64,000 nt of DNA from the IMG/VR virus record IMGVR_UViG_3300031760_004705, positions 24,424 to 88,423 of that record, one strand, 5' to 3'. The notes below the pieces were generated by a model. That model did not search any database. It was not told the DNA's origin and saw only the letters and a program-made list of their open reading frames with translations. The stretch comes from a virus. Taxonomy: Duplodnaviria; Caudoviricetes. A program made the translations under genes and the position numbers. Positions 35,601 through 49,800 of the stretch are shown here, piece by piece. How positions within the stretch are numbered: position 1 is the stretch's first letter; each line of letters starts with the position of its first letter.

Positions 35601-38600
35601 CCGTTATGTCTAAAAATTGTAAATAAAGTAGGAGTCTTAGGATCTAGTTGAATTTCTAATGAATCTTCTGGACGTAAATATATACCTAAATCATCCGGAG
35701 CTATATCTGTTTCTAATAATTGCCGACCTTTAATAGAAATATAGGGATCTGTTCCAGAATGCAATAAAATTCCAGAATCTTTATAATCTATATCTTTTTC
35801 ATGATGACCGCTATAAGGATCTGAACCAATTTGAGTTATTTTTCCTGTTCTAATTTCTGGAACATAATCATTAGAATAACGAGGTCCAATCTCACCACTC
35901 TGAGTATAATAAAGACTTCGATGCCCTAATCTTCATCCACCTATTTTACTTACTCCACCTGGTCTTAATTCTATTCTACCTTCATTGTAATCATCATTTT
36001 TTAATCCTATATAATTACCTTTTTCATCTGTTTGAATAGAATTGCCATTAGGTAATCCAAAATCTGCATTGCCAGTTTTAGCATCTAAGAAAATAGATTG
36101 GATACCATAAGAATATCCAAATAAACCTATTTGATTTTCTTCAGAAGAACTGCCAGTATAAGTATTAGTTTTACCCATTAAAATACCGGTAAAACGATTA
36201 TTAGAATCTTTTTCTCCCGCACCTACTTGCGGAGCAAGTATTGCACCACGTTCATCATCAATACTAATACTATTACCATCTCATGCATTCACAGAATCTA
36301 AACCAAAAGTATTTAATGTCATATTAATAGGAGCATATACAGTTGCATATAATTTTATTTCTTCATCTGAATCAGGAATATAAATTTTTGCTTCTATTCG
36401 ATTATTTGTTACAGATCCATCATATACATCATTAGGTAAAACATAGATCATAGCTTCATTTGTATCATCATTTAAAATTTGAATATTAGCATCAATAATC
36501 GCTTCTTCATATGGAGAATAAACAGATTTAAAATAAGCTTCAGGAGTTAATGCAACATTTGCTTTTGTATAAATTGTCTTGTAAAAATAATCTTGTTCTC
36601 CTATTTCAGATTTTTCAAGAGCTACATATCCATATTCATTATCTTGTTCATTAACAATAACATATTTATATAAATTATATAGTTCATTCTCTTTTTCTGA
36701 CTCTGTAGTTAATTGATAACGCGATTCTTCTCAAATTGGTAAAGGATAATATTTTTCAATAAGTTGAGATTCACCTTGTTCATTTTCTACTTGTGTAGTA
36801 ATTTTATAAAAATAATTTTTATAAACAGCTTGAGAATCTCATCATTCATTCACATTTTTAGAAAATCATCAACATTCGTTTAAAGGTTTATCTTCACGTT
36901 CTTTATCTCTAATATCATTTTCTGTAAGGTCCGTTCTATGAGGAAGTTCTTCTTCAATAAATTTATTAATAGCTTCTTTTTGTAAAATCCGTAATCTTTC
37001 TTCTTTGAATTTAGCTAATAATAATTCATTTTGAGATTGAACCTTTGCTATATAATTGTCATATAGTCCAGTTCCTCCAGTTATTACTTTATTACCTTCT
37101 TCATCAAGTATTTCATTACCTTGTTCATCAACAGCTAAAGTACAATATAACTTTAAATTTTCATCTTTTTCTTTTTCATATACTTGTCTACGCTGCTCTT
37201 CTTCTTTTTCTAATGTACTTTTTCTTTGAGATATTAATTTAGAAAAAGTATTCTTAGTATTTTTTTCTAATCCAAGAGTAAAACTAGGTTCTAATTCAAA
37301 ACATTCTTGAATAATATTAGAATTATTTGATTTATTTACATCTAATCCTCCACGAGCTTCCCAATAGATGATAGAATTTTCAGGAAGGTTCGTTAATTTT
37401 AACCCTTGATTATGATTAAAAATAGGATTGCGGCCGTCCGCATTATAAACAACATCGTTTAAATATGTTTTTTTATCAATTGCAATACGTTGCATTGGTA
37501 ATAATTCATTGACTAAAGTTGAATTATTTTCATATTCAATAATAGGTAAACTAAAGAAACTGTAGTAAGTTTGTTCTGATTCTTCTTCTGTAATAGCATC
37601 TTTATTTTTTATTAAAATTTCTGATCTAATGTTCTGAAGTAATAAACTTCTAGTATCATTATGATAATTAGGATTTCATTTAATTTCATTAGCAGTTATT
37701 TCAAAATATTTGCCCAGTTCATTTCCTCTTGAGTTTCCTGCTAAAATTCATCTTGGGTATCCCGAGGCAAAATTTACTGAATCAATTTCTTCACCTTTTT
37801 GATAAACATGAGCTTTTAATACAGAATTTTTATTTTCAGCATTTGTAACAATTGTTTGTTTATTTTTTAGTACATCAATATCACCATCTGAATCTGCAAC
37901 ATTAAACATTGCTTGAGTTTCAGTTGTATTTTCATCTATTGGAACATTTTTTTGTACATATAATGTTAGTGGTTGTTCATGAAGAACAAAATATTTATCA
38001 TTTCCATTATAACTAATTTTAGAAATCATATCTGTACCATTAGTACCATTACCACCTATTTTATTAAAATAAAAATTAGTATCAGCATAAAGATCTATAT
38101 CGTTAAAATTAGCATGGCAAGTAATTTGATTATTTTGCGCATCAGGATTATATAATTTTTCAATATCAAAAGTGCAATCTGGTCCTTTTAATAATTGCTC
38201 TTGTTGTGTTGCGGGATTTAATACTAGTCCATCTGGAGGAATAATTAAAGAATTTTCTAAATTAAAAATTCATTCAAAATTAATATTTGAACTAGAAACA
38301 GAAAAAGATAATCCGGTTGGGCCTAAAATTTTTGCATGTAAAGGTTTAATTTCTAAAGGATCTTTTGTTTTAGTAAGAGTTGGAGCATTTCCATATTCAT
38401 CATATTGAAATACCTGATCTCCATTTTCAATTATAATTCTATAATTTGAAGAAGCTCCCATTTTTAAATTTGTAATTTCAATAGAATCTGTACCGATATC
38501 ATAATAATTAGCAGTAGTTTCTGAAATAAAGATTTTTTGAACTGTACACTCAACAGTAAAACCTGAGCTAGATAAAGAAACAGGGTATTGAATTCTTGTT

Positions 38601-40735
38601 GCTCTATTAGGAATCTTTGTTTCAACTAATTCATTTGTAGTTCTATCCAAATATCACATTTTAATTTTAGAAACAATATTATCTTTTAAAATATTAGAAG
38701 TGTTTTTTGAAAAAGCATCTTCTAAAAATAAAACAGATGAATTAGCACTATCTGCTATGCTTCATTGATATTTATATAATGGAGTTTCTATACTATCATT
38801 ATATCCATATTCTTGATAATTGTCTAAGTTTTCATTATCTTCAACAGAAAGAGAGTTCTCTTGAATTAAACAACTAATTGTAGGGCTTCCTTCTGAAAAA
38901 GTAAATTCAGTGCCTAAATCAGATTCTAATTTTATTTTTGTTGAAACTGCATTATTATAAACAGTAAATGTTGTTGATAAAGTAACTGTTTCATCAGAAG
39001 TTTTATATAAAGCTATACATTTATATAAATTTTTGTATGCTCAATTTTCATTACCGGTAGTTTGAAAAATAAATCTACTAGTATTTTTTAATCGTTTCCA
39101 TCCTATTCCCGCATAATGATAATAATCTGGATGACTAGCATTAATTACTTGTGAACTTTGTTTTAATCAAATATATTCAACATTTGCATTAGAAGTTAAT
39201 TCTTCTATTTGATTTCTATAAACGTGAGCATTAAATGTAACTTTATCATCTGCAGATAAACTAGATAAAACTCCAGTACTATTCTCTGCACATTCAACCT
39301 TTAAAGAAAAATTGTTAGATTCCGCATCAGATTCTTTCAATAAAAATAATTGAATGTTTTGACAAAATATATCATATCCAGTTCCTTCATCTTTAGGAGC
39401 GTCACTAGGTGGCCATAATTGTTCTTGTTCTGCATCTTGATTAAATCCATCTTTAAAAAATAAAATATTTTTTATATATTTAAAACGAGAAAATTCTAAT
39501 TTTTGAGATGGAATTATATATTGACTATTTCAATTCTTAAATGCTAAAGGATTACCCATCATTGAATCTGAAGTTAAATAAATAATTTCATCAATATCTG
39601 ATAAATCTCCAATAGAGGTAGATTTTCAATTATTATAATAAGTTTTAATTTCTTCTAAGTTTGCAGGTAATTTTTTTAAATCAGCTAATAAATTTAAATA
39701 TGCAGCAACTAGATTGTCTGTTGCAATAGATTGAGAAGAAGAATTATTAACACAGAAAGTCTGATAAATTGTTTGAATATATTGAGAATAACAATCAAAT
39801 AATCCTAATCCATCTTGTTGTCAATAGGAAACAGATTCATCATTAGCATCACTACTATTAAAAAATAACTGTAATCTTTGATCTCATTCTTTTAAAGATA
39901 TATTATCTATATCAGTTTCACTTATTCCAACTCATCCTGTTGATGGAATTGTAGTATTTGTTTTTACATCAATAGTAAAAGCAGCATTTTCTTTTGTAGA
40001 AGTAATTTTTTTAGCATTTCCAATAATAATTTTACCAAGATTATCTAAAACTTCTCCTTGAGTTTGACCATATCCTGCATTTGGATTACTAAAAGTTAAA
40101 GTTAATGCTAATCCATATCTACCTCCGGCAGATCGTTGCTGAATAATATCTAAATTTGTGCGGAAATCTGCTCTAAATAATATATTTGTAGCTTCTTCTT
40201 TATAAATATTAAATAAATCTTGAGATATGTCAAGATGATTATTAGAATTATCATCTACATTATATAAGAAGCGAGCTCTATGTAAAATAGAATTACTATC
40301 TTCATCTTCTTCATCTAAACTATGATAAGAACGTAGTCCAAATATGGAATCTTCATCAATTAAATTTGGACCTAATTTTACATATTTATTAATTTCTGAT
40401 GATACAGAAGTACTTTCAGCTGTCATAGAAGACATTGAACTTGCTTTTCCAATAATAAATTTTTCTTTAGAAAAATCACTTTGTGGGACTGTAACATAAA
40501 CAGCTGTATTTCGCGCATAAGTTTCAGAAGAATCTCTTGCAGTTGCTACGAAAGTACCACCTTCATATTTTACTTGATATAAAGGATAACCACCAGACAT
40601 TCCAATATTTTTATCTATAATTGCGGTAATTGTTTTATCTAATTTTAAACCGTTTATGCGCCGTTGGACAACTGTGTCAATAGCTTCCAACACGGAACGT
40701 TGATAGTTCTGTTGCGCTCCAATATCGTTACCCAT
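32681..40735 (-). CDS. Giant central tail-tip/spike or host-specificity protein (about 2684 aa)
   Basis: Nine track ORFs from 39932..40735 to 32939..33526 share one frame. The inter-fragment stretches I translated contained only TGA; not every gap was checked. Directly follows the TMP. C-terminal heptad repeats and HGHTH. Confidence 0.7.
33185..33305 (-). repeat. Coding 21-nt tandem repeat (7-aa unit xKGNIxT)
   Basis: VRKGNITTKEGNIVTKKGNITTNKGNITTKEGDIATNKGNITVTK. Confidence 0.85.
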
Positions 40736-40755
40736 ACTGCGCTCCTTATCTCTAA

Positions 40756-40792
40756 TAAAAAAACGGGAGAGTTAAAAGATATAACTCTCCCG
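40756..40792 (-). terminator. Intrinsic terminator after the tape measure gene
   Basis: 11-bp stem CGGGAGAGTTA...TAACTCTCCCG (40764-40792) followed by a T-tract on the minus strand. Confidence 0.82.
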
Positions 40793-40859
40793 CATAATTT
40801 CCTTATATCTCACTCTTTTTAAAATAAAAAGTTAGACAAAGTTTTTATTCGTTTTCGCC

Positions 40860-43800
40860 CTAGATAGTACGATTAGCATATTGATATGCTTTATCAGAAA
40901 GATTTAATAAAGCTGCACGAATATCTTCTGCATCAGTAGCATTAGGGAAGGATGCTTGAATTTCAACTCGTTGTTCCGTTACTGGATTATAAGACGAATT
41001 AAAATTGTTTTTAAACATTCTATTCATAGTAGATAATCCTGATATTGTATTTTGAGTCATATCTCGCATTAATGTAATTGCCGCAAGAATATTTTCTGTA
41101 TCAGTAGCATTTAACACTAATTCTTTTTGATGTAATACAGCTAATTTACCATTTTTACTTAAATTAGTTTCTTCGCCACCTCATTGTCCAGTATATCCAC
41201 CTGTATCATAAGTAATGGCTTGTCTTAACATATCTTCATTTAAGTGCCATCTCTCTGTTTTTTTAGTATCGCTCTTATTTGCTAAACCAGTTCCAGTTTC
41301 TTTAGTAGCTTCTTTACTCGCTTCATAAAAACCAATATTATATTTTGCTAATTTACTCGTATCTCCATATCCTTTGGTATGATGTTCATTAACATGAGAA
41401 ATTTTAACTTGAGTATCTTTACTTAATCTAAAACCGTTATTTCCATTAGCGTCATATTGATCACCATCTCTATGATATGAAACCCACGTTCCTTTTTTAA
41501 GAGTTACTACTTGACCCACTTCAAATTTTTTGCTACCATTCATTAAATCTATGCTATCTTGATAATAACTTTCTTTTGCATTTTTATCTTTAATTGTTTC
41601 ATTAGCTTTATTTAAAGCTTTTCCTAAAAGAGATGTTGTTTGTTGACTAGCTTCTAATTGTTCTCTATATTGTTTTAATTTATCTAAAGCTTGTTGTAAT
41701 TCACTGTTATCTGCACCTAATGCTGCAAAAAGATTGTTTGTAGCTGCAGCCAAATCTTTTGTTGCATTTGCTGCTTCGCCCATTGAATCTGTTATATTAT
41801 CTGCACCAGAACCAATTTTTGTTAATGCTCCGCCAGGTCCAACCATTTTATCTTCTAAATCTTCTACTTGATTTCCCATTTCTAAATCTGCTTTAGTTAC
41901 AGCTTCAACTATATTTGGTAAAATTTGATCTCCAATTAAATTAGCCATATCCATTCAATCTTGACCAGTCTTATCTTTAACTTCACCATTTTTATCATAT
42001 AGAGCATCTAACATACCAAGTGCAGCTGTTGTAGTATCCTCACTACCATTTTTAACTAGTCAATTAAGAACATCGTACATACCAGCAGAAGTATCAGCAA
42101 AATCTTCAGCAAGAGCTTTAAAAGTATCATTATATTCAGATTCAAGATTAGCTAAAGCTATACCACGTGCAGTCGCATCATCTTTATATTTATTTCAAAT
42201 AGCCGCTCGTTTTTCAACATAATTTTGTAAAAGACTAATTGCTCGATCATTATTGGCAACAGTTTCTTGTTTTGTCATTTCATATGCATCATATTCAGAA
42301 TCAGCTAAATCTTGTTGAGCTTCTTTAACATCTCCCTGATCTGCAGTATAAACATAACGATAATTACCCTGAGTATCACGACGTAATTGCATTTTATTTT
42401 TATTACGCTGAGCATCTTCAAGAGCCATCTGTTTTTGAAGAATTTCTAATTTAGCATTTGCAAGTTTAACATCATATTCTGTAACAGTATTTTGTTTTTG
42501 TAATAAATCAAGTTGTTCTTGCATTTGTTGACGAATTCGATTTTGAGTTTGCGCAGATGAACCTTGAGCATTATCCAAAAGATCAAGATATTTACTTCTT
42601 AGCTTATCAATTTCATAAGCTTTTTCAACATCATCTTTATATCTATCCATATAATCTTTTTGAAGTTCTCAGTTGTCAGTAAGCTCATCAATATCATTTG
42701 AACCAAAAAGATCTTTATAAATATGTTGAGAACTAGCTTCAACAGCATTTTCAAATTTTTCAACTCAAAGTTCTGCAAGGTCTTGCGCAGCATCTAACAT
42801 AGCATCTTCCGCGTCGTCCATGCGGTCTTGCATTTCTTCAATTAATTTTTTATCGCCAACTTTTAATGCTTCTTCATAAGCTTTTTGTCAATATTCATAT
42901 GCGGCAGTCATTTGATTTAATTGATTCTGCATAATATCGCCTTGACGAGAATAGAATTGATCTAATTGATCATAACTATCTTCACCGTAATATAAAGTAT
43001 AAGTATCACTTATACGTTCCATTTTTTCAGATAATCTATCAAATTGATTTAACTGACGTTCAATTGCTTCACCTGCATCATTATAAATATCTAAAATATT
43101 ATCACGAGTCTCTTGAACAAGCTGACGATAATTTTTAAATTCATCTAATAACAAATCATATATATCTTTAAAATTTTCAAATAAACTTGCTTCATCCATA
43201 CCAAAAAGATTTGCCGCAGCTTTTGGATTATCCATTCACTCTTGTAATTGAGTTAAATCTTGTGTAAGAATGCCTAAATATCCATTTTGTAATCCATCTT
43301 CTGAAATATTAGCTTTACGATTTTCAAAAAATTTGATAGCTCCTTCAAGAGCATTTCTTGTATCTGGATCTTTTTCAGTTTTTAAAGCTTCTTGTTTTTG
43401 ATTAATTAAATTGTCATAAAAAGTAGTAGCGTCTTTTGCTGTAATATTATAAATATCATCTAATTGACTCATATTTTCAATTAAATCTCCATAAGGAGTA
43501 TCATCAATTGAAAAACTATTCATAAAAGAATCAGAGTCAAAATCTCTAAACAATTTCTTTAATTCCGCTCCTGATTCTAATGCTTCTTTTAATCCATCTC
43601 GTGCTTCAGTATAAAGTTTAAATTGTTCAATTCTAAGATCTTGAATATTAAAAGTTGCGTCTTGAATTTCATTATTTATCTTTTTTAATTCAGCTTCAAT
43701 TTCATCTGAACGTTTTCCACCTTCAAGAAGACTCTTACTTAATTTATCAAATTTATCTATATATTCACCAATGTTTTTTGCTAATTCTTCTTTGCCAGCT

Positions 43801-46800
43801 TTTGCTGCAGCTTTTTGTTTATCTACCATTGCATTATAAGTTTTATCAACTGCAGCTGAAACTTCTTCATAATTTGTAATAATACCATCTGTGTTACGTT
43901 TAAAATCTGGAATCTTCATATCGACGCCAGCTTTTTTAGCAACTCTTTCAGCAGCTTTATCATCCTTTTTTATTTGATTTCGAACATCTCGTCTTTCTTG
44001 ATTCTTTAAAATATCTCTTTTTTCTTTTAAAATTCTTAATTCTTTTTCAAGTAATCTAATTTGTTTATTTTGATTACCACGAGCTTTGTCACCAATTAAT
44101 TTATCTTGCTTATCTTGTATTCCTTTTAAAACTTCATCTGTTTTTTCTAAAAGACTATCTACTTTTTCATAATAATCTTTTTCATGTTCTCTCTTATCTT
44201 TAGTAGAGATTTCTTTCTTTTTTCCTCCGCCATTTTTTTTGTTTCCGCCACCTTTATTGTGAGCAAGAATTTGATTGCGGCCAACATAGTAATTGTGATT
44301 TCCAGAAACTTCAAAATTATAAACAGTTTGTTGTTCTATATTAATTTCAATTTTTCAAATTACATGCCAAGTACCATTGGCAAATAAAACTCAATCTCCA
44401 ACTTTAAGATTTTCAGCTGCAATCCATTGCGGAACACCAGTTAAAATATTTTTAGTGATAAAAAATCTGTGAATACCTGTTACTCTTAATTGTTCATTTT
44501 GAATGTATAAAGTATAAATAGGTTCTTTTGTATCATGAATCATAGTTTGAACTACAGAACTATATTCATTATTTCCGGTTTGTTCATTATAAGAAAGAAC
44601 AATATCATTAGGTTGAATTGTTTCAATAGCTTTAAATCCAAGAGAAGTAGAAACTTGAGTTCCAGCTACAAAACAAGATTTCCCACCTTTATTATGCGCA
44701 AGAATTTGATTGCGGCCGACATAATAATTATGATTATGAGATACCTCAAAATTATATACTGTATGATGTTCAATATTAACATCAATTTTGTGAATAACAT
44801 GTCAACTACCATCAGCAAACATTACTCAATTACCAACTTTAAGATCTGCTGCATGTACTCATTGAGGAATTCCGCAAGTGATTTTATTTGTTACTAAGAA
44901 ACGGTGAACACCAGTAACTCTTAATTGTTCATCTTTAATATGAAGAGTATATATAGATTCAGTGGTATCATGAATCATAGTTTGAATAACTTCACTATAT
45001 TCATTAACTTTAATTCTTTCATTATAAGAAAGGACTATATCACCTTTTTGAATTTCTTCAATAGGTTTAAATCCAGTTAAAGTAGTAACTAAAGTGCCTG
45101 CTATAAAGCAAGATTTTCCTTTACTTCCAGTACCATTATTAGTATTATTTCCAGTATAAGAAGGAAAATTATTTCCTCCAACAGTATTTCCAGAAGGAGA
45201 AGTAGGCATTTTATTTAAACTAGTAATTTTTGGTACAGCTGTATTTATAGGAATATCCATATCAGGAACTTCAATTCCTCCAATTTTTGCTCCTAAAACT
45301 TCAATAGGAATTGAAGTTCCAGGAATACTAATAAAATTACCAGGAGGTCCAGGTTGCATTTCTATTTGTGGATCTGTCTCAACAGAATTTAACATCGCAT
45401 TTAAATCTTGAGCAGTTAGTGTTCCTTTTGCTAATAAATCATTGAGTGTAGCTATAGCTTGTTCATCATGGATTGTAGTAGTTGCTTCGACTTCCATGTG
45501 AGCTCATTCATCAAGTTTTGTATTTAAATAATCTAAATCTTCTTTTGCTAAATCCGCATTAAGATTTAATAATATTTCTTGTGCCGCAGCTGCTCTTAAA
45601 TCATCTAAAGAAGAAATATCTCCATTCGCAAGAGCCTCAATTTCTTCTAAATGTTCTTGAACAAAATCTGCTGATATATATTGTTGTTCAACATTTAAAA
45701 TATCACCTAAACTACTTTGAACCTCTCCTAATGCTTCTGCATATTCTAAAGTTCCTCTTTTAGAGTCATCTTTTAAAATTTCACCATTCTTTTTTCAGCC
45801 TTCTGATAAAGAATCCAATCCTTTTTGAGTTTGCATTACCATATCAGCTAAATCATCAACACTATCTTTATATCCTTCTGCGGCTTTCTTAGCTTTATCA
45901 GTTCTTTTTACATTTTCTTGTAATTCTTTAGATTGTTTCTTTGTTAATCCAGTAACTTTTTCACCGGCTTTTGCTTGTTCAATTTGTTTATCAGTATATT
46001 CTTCTAAACTTTTTGCAGCCTGTTCATATTCTTCATTTAATTCTTTTTGTGTATTTTTTACAATGTCTGAATCTTGAGCCATAGATCTCATTGCATTTTG
46101 AGTAGAATCAGAAATTTTATATTTTTCTGATAATAAATTTTCTCTTTGAGTAGTATCTGCACTGTCACTATAATCTTCTCTCATTACATTGTCTTTTGCA
46201 GATTGCATTAATGTACCAATAATTTGATCAATAGGCTGAGATCAATCAATACCTTCATATAAGGCTATTTTTTCATCCTCTGTTAATTCTGAATTTTCTA
46301 CAGCTGATATAGCAGTATCTACCATAGCTTGAGTATAATAATCTTGTCCTGCAGATGGCAAAGAAACTTGTTGATTTGAAGAATTTATTCCTTTAATATT
46401 ATAATCTTTAAAAAATTGATCATTATTTTCGCCCATTAGTTTTTCTTCAGATAAGGCTTTAAAATGACCTTGTGCTAAAACAACTTTTTGAGCATTATCT
46501 TCCACAGATTTTAAAGCTAAAGCATATTCTTCTGCTTTTGATATTGATTCATTAAAATATGCTGCCGTATTACTATCTTGTTTAAAAACACTTAATAATG
46601 CTTCGGCATCAGTTCCTGCTTCTTTCAATTTTTCTTTAAAAGAATCTAACTGTATTCCATTATTAAATTTAGTCATATAAGTTTCATCTGCAGTTTTTAT
46701 ATCATCTAAAGATAAAAATTCACTAAAATTTTGTTTAGCTTTTTCTAATTGATTATTTAAATCAATATAAAATTGATTATTAGGATCGCTTTGTAGCTGT

Positions 46801-49800
46801 CCTTTTACTGTTTCTTGTTTTTCTTTTAATAAATCTAAAGCTTTATGTGCTTTCCCAATAGCTTGTTCAACAGAGTCAGCTTCTTTTGGCATTAATTGAG
46901 CTTCTGTCAATCAATCTCTAATTTGAGCTGTGGATTCTGTTACTCCAGATCCAGTTAACATTTGAGATGTTACAGAAAAAACAGAATCACGATAAGCTTT
47001 TTGATAATCTTGCTGTGCAGATCCATTAAATAATAATTCTCCATTTAATGACTTTCCATATTCACCTTGGAGTAACATATCTGCATTATCAATAGCTTTT
47101 TGAGCAGCTTCTTGTTCAGCATTATGAACGGCTTCAGCTAAAAGATCAAATCGACCTGATGCAGCAAAAGCCTTTGCTCCTATTATGTCTAAACTTTCCC
47201 CTAAATCATTGCTGGTATCAATAAATTCTTGAGAGATTTCTCCAGTTTCTTGATAAACTTTATATAAACGTTCTCAATTTTTTGCAGTAGTAGAAACATT
47301 TTCGCTATTTGTCTTAGCTTCTTCTAAAGCTTCTTTTTCTGTAGCCATAGCATTTTGAACTTTTTGCTGATATGCTCCTCATGCGGCAGATGCAATAGCC
47401 AATCCTGCAGCTATAGCTGCAAAAGCTAAACTACCTATTAGACTTAGTTGAGCTTGTCTTAAATCCGCAGTAGCCGCAGCTGCATCTTTTTGCGCTTTAT
47501 TCATCTCTTCTGTAGCTTGAGCAACTTCATGCATTCCATTTGAAGCTTTTTTAGCGAATCCTGCTGCTCCTCGTTGCGTATTATGTAAAGTTGTTGAAAG
47601 CGCTTTAAAACCACTTTGAGCTTTACTATTTCCTTTATCTATTTTTTCTTGAGCTTGAGCTATTTCATTCTGAGCACTTGCTATAGCATCTTTTGCTTGT
47701 TGAATATTTGAAGTGCTATCTTTAAAAGAAGGTATCTTTAATATTTCAGTTATTTTTTTTCAACTAGTATATAACATTGGTAAAGATGCTGTTAAATTGG
47801 CTATTGTTTGTTGTATCTTTTCTCCAGTTGAAATATCTGTTTTTTGTCAAAGACTTCCTAAATTTTGAAAAGATTGTCAAGCAAAACTTAATTGACCAAT
47901 ATTTGCTATCATATCGACAACATCTTTAATATTAAGTTGTTTTTCAGCGGCCTTTAAATAGCTTGCTCCAAGTTTATTACTACCTTCAGCAGCTCCTTCT
48001 GTATTTTTAGCTTTAAAAGCCAATTCTTCTAATTTTTTAATAAAATTTTCAATTTCTTGAGTACTTAATTCTTTATTAGATAATTTATCTAAAAATTCAA
48101 TAACACGACCAGTTTCGCCTTCAAACTGTTTAATTGTTGTAGTAATTTCTTCTATAGAAGCATTACCTAAATCAAAAGACTCACCCAAGTCTTTAAAAAC
48201 ATTATTTAATCTATTATATAAACTAGGCTCCATATAGTTCTTTAAAACTTGTAAAGATTCAGACATCATTTGAAGAGAATTTGAAAAATCTTTGTCTTCA
48301 TCTTCTGATTTATTTAATTCTGACTGATATTCTTGTAATCCCTGATTAAATTTTAAAAGTTCTTCTTTTGTTGTCTGAATTGCATCTTTAGTATCTCCTA
48401 ATCCACCTTTTAATTTTTCTATTGCTACTGCAGCATTTATTCCACCAGCATCGTCTAAAAATGGACTAGCATATTTATCGTTAAAAACAGATCCTAAAAC
48501 GGTTCCAACACTTTCTAATTGAGTTTTTAATTCTCCTTGCGCTTGAGTTGCTGCATTAGCATTTTGAACCATTTCTTTAAGAATTTGATTGGCTTGCTCT
48601 CATTGTTCAGAACTTAAATTCGGAGCTAATTCATTAATACGTTGAGCATAATTAATTATAGATTGAGTATTTTGATTACTTTCATCTGGATTAGCAACTT
48701 TTAATTGCTCTAATAAAGCACCTCTATTTTGAGAGTTTTCAATACGTTGTTGCTGTACCGCTTTATTCAGTGCAGCATTATTAATTTGTTCTGCAATATT
48801 GTTACTAAATAAACGAGTAAAAGCCGAAGCCAATCCCAATATAATAGTGGGACCACCACCTACAGATTTAAATAAAGTATCTACTGCATCTGCCAATTTG
48901 GTTAAAGCATCAATAAGAGGATAAACCATATCTGTAGTAAATACATCATTAAATAATCCTTCAAGTGTTGTATTTAATTTTTGAGTACGTCCAGCTAAAG
49001 ACTCTGCATACTCTTGATTCATTTGATCAAGAGTACCAGTAGCTGCACTTCCAGTCGCTCCAACATATTCTTCATACATATCACGATTATCCATCAATGC
49101 TACAAAACGGTTAACTTGATATTTACCTGCTAAAGCTTGTGCAGATGCAATTTTTGCAGTATCATCAAGATCAGCTCATACATCCATGAGATCTTCCATA
49201 ATCTCATCCATTGTACGAATATTACCAAATTGATCTAATACTTTAACTCCAATTGAATCTAATTTTTCAGTTACTTTTCCTAAATCAATTCCATCTTCGT
49301 CTTTTCCTCCACCAGAAATATCAGAAAAACGAGCATAAAGAGTTTTAAGACCATTACCAATTTGTTCAGGTGCTTCTCGCGTTACAGATTCAATAGTAGC
49401 AATTTGTGCTGCTAATGTTTCGCCACTAACGCCGACGGCATTTGCCATTGAAGCAGCTCGTTGTGATGCTTTTGCAAGTTCACTTACATCAGCCGCAGAT
49501 ACATTAGCAATTAATGCTCAGTTATCCATTTGCTGAGTTAATTCTTCAATACTATCTCCAAGGCCATAAGCATTCATATATGCTGTAATTTGATCTGAAG
49601 TAGTAGCAGTATCTTGCTGAGATGCGTTTGCTAATTTTGCAGACAGGGTGGCTAGCTCTTGTGATTGACTAAGATCATAACCTTGTTGTGCAAATACTAA
49701 TGATGCATTAGTCATACCTGTAGTAGACATACTTAATGCTTTTGCGGCTTCATTCGCAGATTTTGCATATTCATTCATTGAATCACGATTATAATCAGTA

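Noticed and set aside
44256-45110. Canonical homing intein
   Set aside because: No LAGLIDADG/HNH insert, and the +1 residue is Lys. Reported instead as Hint/BIL-like domains.
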